This document shows, piece by piece, positions 38,031-52,089 of a stretch of DNA of 64,000 bases. Where the stretch lies: assembly GCF_018977255.1 (NCBI RefSeq), contig NW_024704743.1:68388001-68452000 (forward strand). Reading direction: 5' to 3'. The notes below the pieces were generated by a model. That model ran no database searches. It worked only from the letters and a program-made list of their open reading frames with translations, and was not told the origin of the DNA. The DNA is from Callorhinchus milii (taxonomy: Eukaryota). Position numbers and translations under genes: made by a program. Positions within the stretch are counted from its first letter, which is position 1, and each line of letters opens with the position of its first letter.

Positions 38031-40589
38031 TCTGTGCACAGTTTAGCGAAATAACAGAATAAAGGAGTGCAATCATACAGCATTCATGACACACAGGATG
38101 TTTTAGTTTTGGTTGTGTTCCCACAAGATCAAGTTTGTCTGCCAAATACATAGTCACTACACTTTAGAGTATATCCCACAAAACGCTTTGTCACATCCTC
38201 TTGACGTGAAAAGTGTTGTATCACACATAAGGATTGCTTTTTTATTTATGTATTTATTTGTTTCGTTGGTTGGTTTGTTTATTTATTATGATCAATTAAA
38301 AATTCTTTTCAACTGTCATCTCAAGTGCATGATTTAATTTATTAAAAAATATCAAAGCTTATGTGTTTAATACAGGGGTGAGATACAGGGATACAGAGAT
38401 GAGTGAAAGTACAATCAAAGAGGTATGTCTTGAGTGTGATCAAAGTATGTCTCTATCAATGATATGAGAATTTTGACATGACACCTTGCAATTTCCCTAA
38501 ATATGAAGACAGAAAATTAGAGCAAATAGCTCCAGAGGGGTAGCTAGCATCAACACAGACATGATATTCCATGTTTCTATGATAGTTGTTATACATTACA
38601 ACCAACACTAAAGGAAGCCATTCATCATTAGATGAAATTTCACCAATACTGAGTAGACTTTAACACGAGCAAGCCTAGTCTGAGTTTATGTCATGATAAT
38701 TTCTCCACACTTATTATTGTACATTTGGGAAAATAAACAAAGATAAAGTCTTCGGGGTATGCCTGTCAGGTTCTGTTAATATTATATTGGAAATAATCAC
38801 CCTTCTATTACTAGTTTAGAATTGCAACATCTGGCTTGCAATAACAAACATTACACTTTAGGCAATTATCATCTTAGACAGATATGATTTGTCAGCTCAT
38901 GTCTTGAGTTGATAATAGGAAGCATTTAAACTGAAAACTTAAAGCATCTTTGAAGGCATTTGATATGACATTTAAGGCTATTGTATAAAATTTGTGTCAG
39001 ACCATTCAGAGTGTCAAGTCAGAACACAAAACTAACTCGATGCAATCTTAATTTTCTAATGATATTAGGCATCCATCTGAAAGTTTTTTTTAAATTAAAT
39101 CTTACAAAATCAGCTTGAAAGACTGCACTGAAAGATGTTTATTCTCCACAGTACCTCAATCTTCTGCTTAACATAATTGGCTAATCTTACCAAAACTAGT
39201 GTATCGTCCTTAGAGATTTGTAAGATAATAGGTATTACATTCATGATATCATCTGTACAGAAAACAAATATCAAATTCAAGATTCTCATCCTCACATTCA
39301 ATCCCTCCAAGGCCTCTCCCTATACTACCCCTGTGATCTCCTCCAACCCTGCCGGCCTGGCCCTCCCTTTGCTCAGCAAACACTGGCTTCATGTCCCCCA
39401 ACCCAATTTGTCCAACCAAAGCCAGGCAAGCTTCCAGCCATTCTGTCCTCGCTCTCTGGAACTCCATTCCTCCAGCCCTCCCCCTCTCTCCCTACTTTCA
39501 AAGCGAGACTTTAGTACAAGAAGCAGGCAAGTATAAAGGTTTATTGTAGCACAGCTCGAAGAATTGAGAAGAACAAACATTGGGCTCCTTATTTAATTTT
39601 TAGCAAAACTCTTATTGGTTATAGCACATTCAACAAACGATTTCAAGTGAAGATTAAGTTAACTATTTATTAAAATCATTGTTAAATTCAAGTGAACATT
39701 TTAAAATCTTCCTAGGAATTGATTCAATTATTTAAAGCTATCAGTACAGTTGCTCGTTCAATTATTTTAGTAATTTGCCCGACAATTTAATCCAAATGCA
39801 AACTCTGTTTTTCTCCTCTTTCTGTCCTCCTCCTTGAAGGTACTGACTTGTGCTGGGATATTGTTATACACAATTATGGCTCAGGAAGCCAGCAATGTGG
39901 AGATATTCCACCTGTGTCTAAATTTCCTGACATTGTTGTGTGCAAGTTGCCTACAAATACACCGTTACTGCACTTTACAATATATCCTATGAAGCATTTT
40001 GAGACGGATTCCCTACGTTAAACTACAACAACAACTTGCACTTATATAGCGTCCTCCACGTAAGGTAGTGTCTCAGAGTGCTTTAAATGCCTTATATCAA
40101 ATGTAAGGATCATTATTATTTGAGATGTTAAATCAAGGTCCCACCTACCTGTTCAGGTGGATGTTCAAGATCCCATGGCACTATTTGAAAAGAGAAGGGA
40201 GTTTCTCCCAGTGTCCTGGCCAACAATCTCCCAAATAAAATTGCTCACTCACTCCATGGCTGTTTGTGGGACATTGCTATGCACAACTGGCTGCCATGTT
40301 TTGGCCTCCAAATAGTCAATCCACTTTACAGTATAGTATATCCTGTGAAGCGCTTTGAGACATCTCAATGATATGATAACACACTATATCAACTGCAATA
40401 TTATTATGGAGCATTTTAGAGTGTGCAAAATATGACAAATTCTGCACACACATTAAGGAGTGAAAATTGTCACATTTCAAAATGTGCTCGATAATGATAA
40501 CTATCACATGGAAAACATTTCACTCTATCACGTCAACCAAAGTGAGTGGAGACGCATGTGGAGTATAAACACATAATAATAAAAGAATA

Positions 40590-41030
40590 AAAATAATAAT
40601 AATCATAACAATTCTTTCAAGTCAGGAAGATATTTTAAAGCGCTTCACAGGATTTACTGTAAAGCTTAATGACTGTATTTGGAAGCAAATTGCAGCAGCC
40701 CAATTTCTTACAACAATATCCTACAAACAGCCATGAAACAAATGACAATTTGTGGGGGGGATTCGTTAGCCAGGACAGCGGGACAAACTCCATTCTCTTT
40801 TTAAATAGTACCATGGGATCCTTAATGTCCATTTTAACAACCGTACAGGACCTCAGTTTAACGTCTCATCCAAAGACAGCACCTCTGACAATGCAACCCA
40901 CCCTCACCGCTACATTGGAATGTCAGCTTAGACTCTGTGAGTTCAAGTTAGGATGTGAGGCTTTATCCCACCATAACTTTCTGACTCAGTGTGATGACTA
41001 CCAACTTGGCACCCAGGCTGCCACAAGCTG
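40590..41030 (-). mobile_element. Old full-length Deu-domain SINE
   Basis: Minus strand has gtgctgtctttggatgagacgttaaactgaggtcc...gatcccatggtacta...tcctggctaac, the AmnSINE1/SacSINE1-like body. Confidence 0.8.
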
Positions 41031-42721
41031 AATAAACTTAAGATCATAAAGAATGCCGACAATGCAATTCATTGCTTTTTCTGAACAAGATGTTTGCTGT
41101 TTTTGTATCCGAAAGAAAAAAAGTGCTAAGATTTACAACCTTCAGCTTGGAAAGTGGTGTGGAGGGAGCTACACACTGATAATCCCTTAGCAGTATCAGC
41201 CCCTTAGGCGTATTCTTTTCCTATTGCAGAAGCTGATAACTTTAAGCTCTGCCTCATACTGCAACATTTCCAGCCAGAGGTGAATCTATTTCTATACTGT
41301 GCCTTGACAAACCGCGTGAAGTCTATTCTCCTATTGGATTCACCAGTCTGGGTTGCAATAAGTTTCTAAGGCAGTAATTCATTCAGTCAGTTCTGACAAC
41401 GTCATCAATGATGACAACTGTTTGAAACCCACTGATGCATATTGGCAATTTGGTTTATATTTTTGCTTATATTTCAAATAATAATGGTCACATTTATGGC
41501 TTTTAAAATCATATTTTCTGGTGCTCATGAAAATGAATGATGCCAGCTATGAATGTTGAAATGCATTTGCATTTTCTGCATCCAAAGTCAGCAGGAAGCA
41601 CTCATAGATCAGGTATGACTCAGACACATGTGGACCAAAGCAACCTAATCTGCTCTTACCATGTCCACACCTCTCCTTCCCCATGATATCTGACTGGACT
41701 ACAAGGAGCTTTACAATGATAATGAGAGTTTACATTTTTCCTTGTGGTTTTAACAGGACTGAAACACTTCAATAGATCAAGAAATTGTAATCTGTGCCCC
41801 ACTCCTGCAGGCTGCCTCTGAACTAAGCCTGCTGTCAGTCAGTTTAACGTCCCCCCTAACCCCAGTCACCCAGCCTTGTGGATCCTCCCCCCACCTCTGC
41901 AACACTGAATTGATGGAACTCACTTTAAACACAGCAGGTAATCTTCACTCTGTTTCACTTGGCCCAGCCCAGGTCCTCCTCCAGCTCTGACTTGGCCTGT
42001 TTTCACATGTTTGCTACATGAACCTATATGTACACCCCTGAGCATAGCACTAACACTGCATGTTACACAAACCTTAGTCATACACATTTCTAAAACTTAA
42101 TATATAACCTATATTGCCGAATTCCAAAACAAGTGCAATATGTCAAAGTATATTATTGTTACCACCTGCCTGAGAGTCTCTTAAAAATCCCTTATATAAC
42201 AGCTTGTTGAATGCAGCCAGTCACACCGATCTGTTGTAGCAATCACCTCACACTGAATGATAAAAATAATCATCCTTACATTGGTAGAACACCTTTCATG
42301 TTGGGAGGATATCCCAGAGCGCTTCACAGGATATTCTGCATAGTGTTGTGGCATCAGGTCATGGCATCAGTGCTCCAACTGCTATGGCTGTTTGAAACAA
42401 AGTACATCAGTAGAAAATGCTTGAACTGTTCTCACACAACTCCTCTCTTGACGTTCTTTTCATTGACATTTCATTTTATAATTATAATAGCTTGGTTGAG
42501 TTGATGAATACAAATTCTTCAACCAAACCCAGCTGTCACTTTAGTCTGTGAGTTGAGATTATCTGTACGGTTTATAGCATAGAGCAAGTGATTGATTATT
42601 TTTTTCCCTTCTAACCAATTATCCATCAATCACTCTAATGTATCATGACTAGTATTTAAGTGAGAATCTTAGCAGTGAGTTTCAGAAGCTTTATGACTAT
42701 GGGGGAATATTACTACGAATA

Positions 42722-42800
42722 ATAAATAATAATAATGCTTGGTGTTTTATAATAATAATAATGCTTGGTGTTTTATAATAATAATAATGCTTGGTGTTTT
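42722..42800. repeat. Three tandem copies of a ~26-bp unit in a SINE tail
   Basis: (aataataataatgcttggtgttttat) x3. Confidence 0.9.
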
Positions 42801-43669
42801 TTCAGAAGGATATCTCAAAGTGCTTCATAGGATTTATTGTTTTTATAGGCAAATGCAGGAGCCAATTTACTCACAACCATGAAGGGAATACCAATTTTGT
42901 CTGGGGGATTATTAGCTAGGAAACCAGGATTCACTCCCTTCCCTTTTCCAATCATGTCATGGAATCTTTACGTCCACCTGAACAAACCGAGAAGACCAAA
43001 CACCTCATCTGAAGGACAGCATAATACAGCACTACCCCAGCACAGCACTGGAGTCTAAACTGTGAGTTCAATGTCCTGACTTTGGGCTTGAACCCTCAAC
43101 TTTCTTACAGAGGTAAGAGTGCTACCTACTATGAGATGTCTTTATATGATGCCGATACATCATATACATTGATTGATCTTTAGGTTGAGACTAGGAAAAT
43201 TTTCAGGTCTCCATCTGCCTCTCTCTCTTATTGTCACTCTCTCAGCCTCTTTCTCTACATCTTCTTCCATTCTCTCTATCCATCTCTCAAAAAAAAAAAA
43301 AAATTTGGTCACTCAACCCACGACTGTTTGTGGGAGACTGCTGTGCGCAATTAGCTGCTGTGTTTTGCCCACAAAATCTACAGTCACTACACTTTACGGT
43401 GTATCCTGTGAAGCGCTTTGAGTTGTCTCAAAGATGTGATAAGGCATTATATCAAATGCAAGGATTATTATTATGATTATTATTACACAATCACTTCCCA
43501 GCAAGGGTTTCTGAATAATGATCAGAGGCTGAAATGCAATATCGTCATAGCTGTAAAACCATTCTTATAAAGAATTGTGAAAAGTCAGCTGCCAAATTAA
43601 GACTAAATTTAAAGATATTCTAAAAATTGAAGGCAATGGTTTTAAGGCTAACACCGTGCAAAATTTTTC

Positions 43670-44015
43670 ACCCTGGAGAGATACATCCTGCTTACCTAAT
43701 TCCAGAAACTATTAGACACAGTTTGCCAAGAACCAAAGCTTGAGGAATATGCTTTAAAACTGATAGAGACTGAGATTAGGGTTTGGCTTGCAGGGTCAGG
43801 AGCTGAATGGGAAGAGTCCTTGCCCCCAGGGACTGGTCTGCCCTTCCAGGTCCTGCCAATAAGCCACACAGTCTGTTCTGTCTTCAGCAGTGCCCTGGAA
43901 TACTGCAGACCTGCCTGGCTCAGGAACCAGACTACTGAGACCACCAGAGGGTTGACTCAATTCCAACTTTCCTTTGCCAAGCATGTCACCTTGGAGCCAG
44001 TTCAGCTACAAGGCA
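43670..44015 (-). repeat. Family X repeat, 5'/central part
   Basis: Reverse complement has gctgaactggctccaaggtgacatgc...ctgcagtattccagggcactgc. Confidence 0.8.
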
Positions 44016-44119
44016 ACCTCGCTTACCTCAATTGCAAGTAGTGGGTTGCTGCTTAATGACTCAATACACTGACAAGTAGCAAGTAACTTTTTGCCAACTA
44101 AGCATTGTATCTTGAATCT

Positions 44120-44241
44120 CTGCTATCTTTTTGTTTGCCCTCTCGTGTTGATGGTATTGCAATGAATGCAGTGAATATATCATCTGGATGAACTGTAAAA
44201 TGTTGACATACAGCAGATGTCTTTGTTTTTGTCCCTGGCAT
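44120..44241 (-). pseudogene. BED zinc-finger remnant (hAT transposase/ZBED-like)
   Basis: MPGTKTKTSAVCQHFTVHPDDIF, then after a frameshift CIHCNTINTRG; matches the BED pattern S.VW.HF......A.CxxC...I.RG. Confidence 0.6.
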
Positions 44242-45514
44242 ACCCTAGAAACCAAAATGCTGTGTTGCCTTAGTTGAAGCCCAGTATGAGTTGGACTAGC
44301 ATCACTGGTTGTTGTGGGCAGTCGAATGATTTCTCTTCTTCACCTGATTGCAGCCAGCCTGTTATAAAACATTTTATTATATTAATCAGCATTAAAACAA
44401 TCAGCCAGAATCCAAGGATAGAGTGCCATAATAGTTATTGTCAGTCAGAGACAGCATAATCAGCCTCCAGGAACGTCACTGACATCATCAGAAAGGGTGG
44501 CATTTGGAACAGTAGCGTAAAGAGGAGGGCTTGGAACTGTCTGACTGTAGGAATCCCAATATTTGTGGTAGAGGAGGTACCACATCCTGCCAAACTGTTG
44601 TTTGCTATCCATGGAATTACAAAGAGTAAAACCACCCGGCAATGGGCCATTCAGCCCAACTAGTTCATTCCATTTTTGTACACCATATGAAAAGCCTACC
44701 TCTCCTATTGCTCTGACCTATATTTCTCTTTTCCCTATGCTTACTGCTTGAGCTATAGTTGAGACTGATACTTCACAGTGCTGGTGGGCATTGCCAAAGA
44801 TGTTGCCCTTCAGATAAGTTCTAACCAAGGTGCTATGTACCAGTACAACAATCTCATAGTACTATTCAAAAAAGGAAAGGAGTTTCTCTCAGAGTCCTGA
44901 ACAATCCTCCAGATTAATTTTTTGTTCACCTCAAGGCTGTGAGACTTTGTTGTAAGCAAAATGGCTGGAATGCTTCCCTCCAAAAGGTAAGTATATCTTA
45001 CACTGATTATTGTGAAGGATTTTGAAATGTTTCAGCATACTAGGAACTACAGTAAACTCCGGACATATCGTCACTTCAAAGGAAAAGAGCTCAGTGACTA
45101 TAGGCATGAGTCCTCCGAGGCAGCCAGTGGGCGCTGTGGCAGGGAGGACCCACATTAGGACATCCTGTGCCTACATGGAGTGAGCAGCTGTCAGTGTGAC
45201 AGAGCGACTCTGGCGCCCATAGCTATCAGTTCATTCGTTAAAACTCTTTTAAGTAGAGTATAAGTTTATGCATAGGCATTTGTGTCTATAAAAAACCTTT
45301 TGTTCATTTTGCTCATTTTAACAACCTAAATTACTCAGACTTTAAAAACCAGCCAGAACCTTAATCCACGACTCTTTGTGGGACACAGCTGTGCCCAATT
45401 AGCTGCCACTTTTAACCCACAAAATACACAGGAAATCCACATTACAATATATTCTTTGAAGCGCTTTGAGACGTCTCAGTTATGTGATAAGGCAAAGTAT
45501 TATTATTATTATTA

Positions 45515-47360
45515 CCCTGCAACTCTCCCACTCTGTTCTCCCCTTTCTCCATCTTCCTCGCCTCCTATCCCCACCTGACCGTCACAAGCTTCCCATTGCT
45601 CCAGCCTGGGAATCCTCTATCGGGCTCACCGTGGCACTCAGAATTGCCTGTCCAGCAACAGCCACACTGACTGCCCCATTCCCCATATCCCACAAGCCAC
45701 TCCAGACCCCAGGGGCTACCCTCTCCTCCCTCATCCATATTCCCACCCTCCCTGCCAATCCTCCCACCACCCACTCCCATCTCACACATTCCTCTGCCAA
45801 CTGTCCCCTCCGCATCACCCTACAAATTGTCCGCTCCCTTTCTAACAAGGCTCATCGTTGACGAAAACATTAATATCCTGGCCTTTACTGAAACCTGCAT
45901 CACCCCAAGCCTCACCTTCCACCTGACTGAAGCCACACTGGCAATACCTTCCACCATACCCCACATTCTACCCGCTTTGGTGCTCATCTCCAGGTGCTCA
46001 CTTGCTCTATCCCCCTATTCCTCCGGCTCTTTCTGCTCCTTTGAGCACCTTGCCCTCTGCCATCCCTCCAATCTCTCCCTCAAAATTCTCCTGACTTATC
46101 ATCTCCCCAAACCCTTCCCCACCTTCATTTCTGACATCTCCGCCCTCCTAGCTTCCTTCTGTCTCTGTTCTGAATGCCTCCTTATCCTCGGCGACTTCAA
46201 CCCGCACTTCAACCCGTCTTGCTCTATCCCCACCAACTTCTCCTCTCATCTTTCCTCTCACAACTCTCCCTCCACATCCACTCTACCACCCACATTCATG
46301 GCCACACACTCGACCTGGTGATTATCCAGGGTCTCAGTGTCTTGGACCTCACAATCACTGATAAAGTTATCTCAGATCACCTTTCATCTCCCTCTCCACT
46401 CCTTCTCCACTGCCCTGGAGTTGTCTGAACTCCTCCCACTCGCCTAGCTCCCACACTGATTTAATCCTCCGGCAGATCTGGCTGAACCATATAAAAGCTG
46501 ACTGGTTCATCCTCGCCTCCGCTAAATCGGCCTTCCTTTCCAAGATAATCTTGGAGGCCAAGGACAACTCCAGGCTTCTCTTCTCCACTACCAACCAGCT
46601 CCTCCGTTCACCCTCTCATGCCTCGCCCATCCTCTCCTACAACTCCAACTGTGAGGAGTTGCTGGATATCCTTGCGACCAAAATTGAGGGGATTCATTCA
46701 GCTGCCTTCGCCCTCCCAACCACCATCCCCTCCCCATCTCTCCCTTGCACTCCAGCCCCTACCCATCCCTCCCTTCACAGCTTAAAAACTGTCCCCCCCT
46801 TCTCTCTCACCACCACTGTAACCAGCATGAAGCCCACCATCTGTTCCCTCGACCCCATCCCTATCCTTCTTCTTACCTCCCAGCTCCACACTCCTTGCCA
46901 CTTTACTCTCAGACCTCATCAAACTCTCCCTGTCAACTAGCACCATACCACCAAACCCACCCCCCAGAATAGCTGTCATCACCCCTATCCTAAAAAAATC
47001 CTTCCCTGGACCCATCCCTGCTCACTAACTACTGCCCCATCTCCAACCTCCCTTTCCTTTCCAAGGTGCTTGAAAGAGTTGTTGCTTCCCGGCTTCACTC
47101 TTTCCTCTCCTGCCACTCCCTTTACAAACCCCTCCAATCAGATTTCCGTACTGCCCACAGCATAGAAACAACCCTGGTCAAGTTGACAAATGACATTCTG
47201 TCCATCTGTGAGCAAGGCTCCCACTGTCTCCTCTTCCTCCTCAACTTCTCTGCTGCCTTTGACATTGTGTAACACTCTATCCTTCTCCACCACCTTAACC
47301 TTTAAGGTTCTGTCCTTGAATGGTTCCTATCTCTCACATCGGCTCCACTTGTCTCCACAA
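45515..47360 (+). mobile_element. Older L2 LINE (APE endonuclease to RT), host of a nested cluster
   Basis: ILAFTET, LILGDFN, HGHTLDLVI and LERVVASRL remnants. Continues inverted at 47918-48003 and again at 52090-52782. Confidence 0.88.
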
Positions 47361-47825
47361 ACAACAACAACAAGATTCCATTAATAGAGCGCCTTTCACG
47401 TCGGGAGGACGTCCCAAGGCGCTGTACAGTTGGGTCAGGACCCGAGCAGGGGGGAAATGGTCAGGGTGAGGGGAGGGAAGGGAGGGAGCGAGGACGGGGT
47501 AGAGAGTCGAGAGGGGAGCTGAAGGCACGGTCAAAGAGAAAGGTCTTGAGACCGGCCTTGAAGGAGGAAAGGGAGGAGGCGGCGAAGGCACTGGGGGATG
47601 GAGTTCCAGAGCATCGGGGCTGAGAGGCTGAAGGCCCGGCCACCGATGGTAGGGTGGTTGGGGCGGGGGATGTGGAGCAGACAGAGGATCAGAGGGTACG
47701 GGCAGGTAGGTAGGGGGATAGTAGGTCGGAGAGGTAGGAAGGAGCAAGGCCGTGAATGGCCTTGTAGGTGAGGATGAGGATCTTGAATTCGATCCTCTGG
47801 GGGATGGGGAACCAGTGAAGGCGAG
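47361..47825 (-). mobile_element. Young L2 3' fragment
   Basis: Reverse complement of the L2 3' end, near-identical to ~50235-50700. Confidence 0.93.
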
Positions 47826-47907
47826 AGCTTTTAAGAGAGAACTGGATAGGTATCTGGGGAGGACGGGTTTGCAGCGTTATGGGGAGAAAGCTGGTGATTG
47901 GACCTAG
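47826..47907 (+). mobile_element. Displaced C-terminal end of the CR1 ORF2 at 50704-52085
   Basis: AFKRELDRYLGRTGLQRYGEKAGDWT* joins in frame to ...RVVKSNSIT of the minus-strand CR1. Confidence 0.88.
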
Positions 47908-48000
47908 GACAGTACAGGTTCAAGAGGAGGATGTACAGGTTGAAAATGAGAGCCCGGAGGAACACCGCAGGAGACAGTGCAGGGGCTGAAGGAGAAGGCG

Positions 48001-50703
48001 TTTGAGGACCTCACCTTCTCCCACCCCTCCTTCCTCTCACTCAAAATTCTCCTCCTCTACTGGCCCCCTAAAAGCTCTCCAACCTTATCTCCGATATTTC
48101 TACCCGACTTACATCTCTCTGCCTCTCCTCTGATCGCCTTATCATCCAAGGCGACTTCAACCTGCACTTCACCCCCTCCTGCTCCATCTCCTCGGACTTC
48201 TCTTTCCCTGCTCTCCTCGCTCAACCTCTCCATCCACATCAACTCCGCCACTCACAGTCACGACCACCCACTCGATTTGGTGATCACCCGGGGCCTCAGT
48301 GTCTCGGATGCCACCATTACCGACAAGGCCATCTCCGATCACCACTTCATCTCCTTCACCACCTCCACCCCCTCCCCACCTCCACCAGACCCACTATCAT
48401 CTTCTACCGCACCTGGAAGAAGTTACCCCCACAACCCCTAACCGCTGCCTTGGAGTCCTTTGAACTCCTCTCCCTCTGGCCTTCAACCCTCAGTGACCCC
48501 TCCTCTGCTCTCACGCTCCTCCACAACACCCTCTTCTCCACACTCGACACTCTTGCCCCTATCACCTCCCTTACTGTCTCCTACTCTCGCTCATCCCCCT
48601 GGTTCACCACCCACCTCCGCTCACTGAAGAGCCAGGTGCGGGCCGCTAAACGCACCTGCCTCAAATCTGGCCTAACAGTCCACTGACAAATCTGGCTGGA
48701 CCTCCTCAAAATCTACTGCTCCACTCTAGCCTTGGCCAAGTCGTCCTTCTACTCCAGGATAATCCTGGAGGCGAAGAACAACCCCAGGCTTTTGTTTTCT
48801 ACCACATCCCGACTCCTCCATCCCCCCCGCAGGTTATCTCCTCCAACCTTCACTTCGAGGAGATGCTGGATTTCCTTGAATCCAAAATCAAGGGAATCCA
48901 GTCCGCGGTCACTCCCCCTCCAACTTCCACCCACCCCCCACCCCTTCCCTCCCACATTCCGACTCCTACCCATCCTCCCCTACACACCTTCGAACCCGTT
49001 TCCCCACCCTCTGTCACCAAACTCATCCTGTCCCTGAAACCCACCACCTGCTCCCTTGACCCCATCTCCACTCCACTCCTCATCTCCCAGCTCCACCTCC
49101 TTGCCCCACTTATCACAAACATCATCAACCTGTCCCTCTCCTCTGGCTCTGTTCCCACTCCCCTAAAAACTGCCATCATCACTCCCACTTTGAAAAAACC
49201 CTCCCTTGATGCGTGGCAGCTATCAAGCTACCGGCCCATCTCCAACCTCCCCTTTCTGTCCAAGGTCCTTGAATGAGTTGTCGCCTCCCAGCTGCGCTCT
49301 TTCCTCTCCACCCATGCATTATTCGAACCCCTTCAGTCGGGTTTCCGTGCTGCCCATAGCACAGAAACCGCCCTGGTCAAGGTCACCAATGACATCTTGA
49401 CCATCTGCGACCAGGGCTCCCTCTGCCTCCTCGTCCTCCTCGACCTATCGGCAGCATTCAATACGGTCGACCACGCTGTCCTCCTCCAACACTTGTCCTC
49501 CCACCTCAACCTTCAAGGCCCTGTCCTTGAGTGGTTTAGGTCGTACCTCTCCCACTGTCTTCATTTTGTTTCCACAAACGGCTTTTCCTCCACCCCCCGC
49601 ACAGTCTCGTGTGGAGTCCCTCAGGGCTCTGTCCTCGGTCCCCTCCTCTTCACCCTCTATATGCTCCCCCTTAGTGACATCATCCGCAGACATGGGGTTA
49701 ACTTCCACATGTATGCGGATGACACCCAACTCTACCTTTCCTCCTCTACCCTCAACTCCACGACCACCGATGTCCTGACAGCCTGCCTGTCCGACATTGA
49801 GTCCTGGATGAGAGACAACTTTCTTCAGCTCAACGTGCTCTTCAGCTGAGGCCCTCCTGATTGGCTCACGTCAGCGCCTCCGCACCTCAGGCGCTGACAG
49901 TATCAGCATCCAAGGCTGCACTCTCCACCTCTCAAAGCCAGTCAGGAACCTCGGGGTTCTGTTCGACCCTGAGCTGTCCTTTCTCCCTCATATCTGCACC
50001 ACAACTGGCACCGCCTTCCATCACCTCCGGAACATCGCCAGACTACGGCACTACTCACCCCTCACGCTGCTGAAACACTGGTCCACGCCTTTATCACCTC
50101 AAGGCTGGACTATGGGAACTCTCTCCTCGCCGGCCTTCCCGGCACCTCCCTCCACAAGCTGCAGGTCATTCAGAACTCTGCAGCTCGTGTACTGTCCCGC
50201 ACCAGGCTTCGGGACCACATCACTCCCACCCTCGCTCGCCTCCACTGGCTCCCCATCCCCCAGAGGATCGAATTCAAGATCCTCATCCTCACCTACAATG
50301 CCATTCACGGCCTTGCTCCCTCCTACCTCTCCGACCTACTATCCCCCTACCTACCTGCCCGTACCCTCCGTTCCTCTGGCTCCGGTCTGCTCCACATCCC
50401 CCGCCCCAACCGCCCTACCATCGGTGGACGGGCCTTCAGCCTCTCAGCCCCGAGGCTCTGGAACTCTATCCCCCAGTGCCTTTGCCGCCTCCTCCCTTTC
50501 CTCCTTCAAGGCCGGTCTCAAGACCTTTCTCTTTGACCGTGCGTTCAGCTCCCCTCTCGACTCTCTACCCCTTCCTCGCTCCCTCCCTTCCCTCCCCTGA
50601 CCATTTCCCCCTTGCTCGGGTCCTGACCCAACTGTACAGCGCCTTGGGACGTCCTCCCGACGTGAAAGGCGCTCAATAAATGGAATCTTGTTGTTGTTGT
50701 TGT
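48001..50703 (+). mobile_element. Young 5'-truncated L2 LINE (2.7 kb)
   Basis: [46 protein letters not shown] and (TTG)n tail; highly similar to 23424-25685. Confidence 0.95.
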
Positions 50704-52085
50704 TATCGAATTGGACTTCACTACCCTTTCAGGCAGATCATTCCAAATTCGAACAACTCGCTGAGTGAAAAAATTTCTTCTAACCTCCCCTCTGCTTCTT
50801 TTGGTAGATATCTTAAGACTGTGACCACGGGTCACAGACACACCTACCAGCGGAAACAGCTTTTCCTTATCCAGCCTGTCAAAACCTTTCATGACCTCTA
50901 TCAGGTCCCCGAGTAACCTTCTCTGCTCTAATGGGAAAAGTCCTAACTTCTCCAGCCTGTCCTCATAGCTAAGGTTCCCCATTCCTGGTATCATTCTCGT
51001 GAATCTCCTCTGCACCCTTTCCAGTGCCTTAATGTCCTTCCTGAAGTAAGGTGCCCAGAACTGGACGCAGTACTCCAGCTAAGGCCTAACCAGTGTTTTG
51101 TATAGATTAACCATAACCTCCCTGCTCTTGTACTCTATGCCCCTACTAATAAAGCTCAGTACACCAAATGCCTTTTTTACTGCCTTATCTACCTGCCCCG
51201 CTACCTTTAATGATTTGCTTACTTGAACACCCAGATCTCTCTGTACATTCACCCCCCTAGAGATTGAGCTACAAAGTCTGTATTGCCTCCTATCATTTTT
51301 CCTACCTAAGTGTATCACCTCACACTTATCCACGTTGAAATCCATCTGCCATATGTCAGCCCATTCCACCATTCTGTGTATGTCTGCTTGCAGTTGGTTA
51401 CAGTCCTCCTCACTATTTACTACCCCACCTAACTTTGTATCATCTGCAAACTTGGAAATAGTGCTCTCTATGCCCAAGTCCAGATCATTAATATATATTA
51501 GAAAGAGCAATGGTCCCAATACCGATCCCTGGGGGACACCGCTGCACACCTGCTTCCATTTCGAGAAACACCCATTAACCACCACCCTCTGCTTTCTGTC
51601 ACTCAGCCAGTTCTTAATCCAAACTGCCACTGTCCCCTTAATACCGTGGGCCTCTAATTTTTTTATTAATTTCTTATGCGGTACTGTGTCAAAAGCCTTT
51701 TTGAAATCCATGTAAATAACGTCCACCACATTTCCCTCATCAATCCTCGCAGTCACCTCTTCAAAAAATTCTATTAGGCAAGATTTGCCTTTAACGAATC
51801 CATGTCTCTAATTACCTCATGTTCCTCTAAGTAGAGATTTATTCTGTCCCGGATTATGGTCTCCAGTAGTCCTCCTATTACCGAAGTTAGGCTGACTGGC
51901 CTGTAATTTCCAGGTTTGTCTTTCTGCCCCTTTTTGTAGAGGGGGGTAACATTAACCACTCTCTAGTCTCTTGGCACAACTCCTGTGTCCAGTGAAGACT
52001 GAAATATAATGGCCAAAGCCTCCGCTATTTGAACCCGTATCTCCCACAGCAAGTTTGGGTGAATCCCACCTGGTCCTGGTGACTT
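50704..52085 (-). mobile_element. CR1 LINE RT region
   Basis: ORFs with [45 protein letters not shown] and QRRFTRMIPG. Confidence 0.95.
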
Positions 52086-52089
52086 ATCA

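Noticed and set aside
51079..51756. 225-aa reverse transcriptase ORF as a functional gene or retron-like system
   Set aside because: Internal piece of a truncated CR1 with a flanking stop, deletion and displaced C-terminus.
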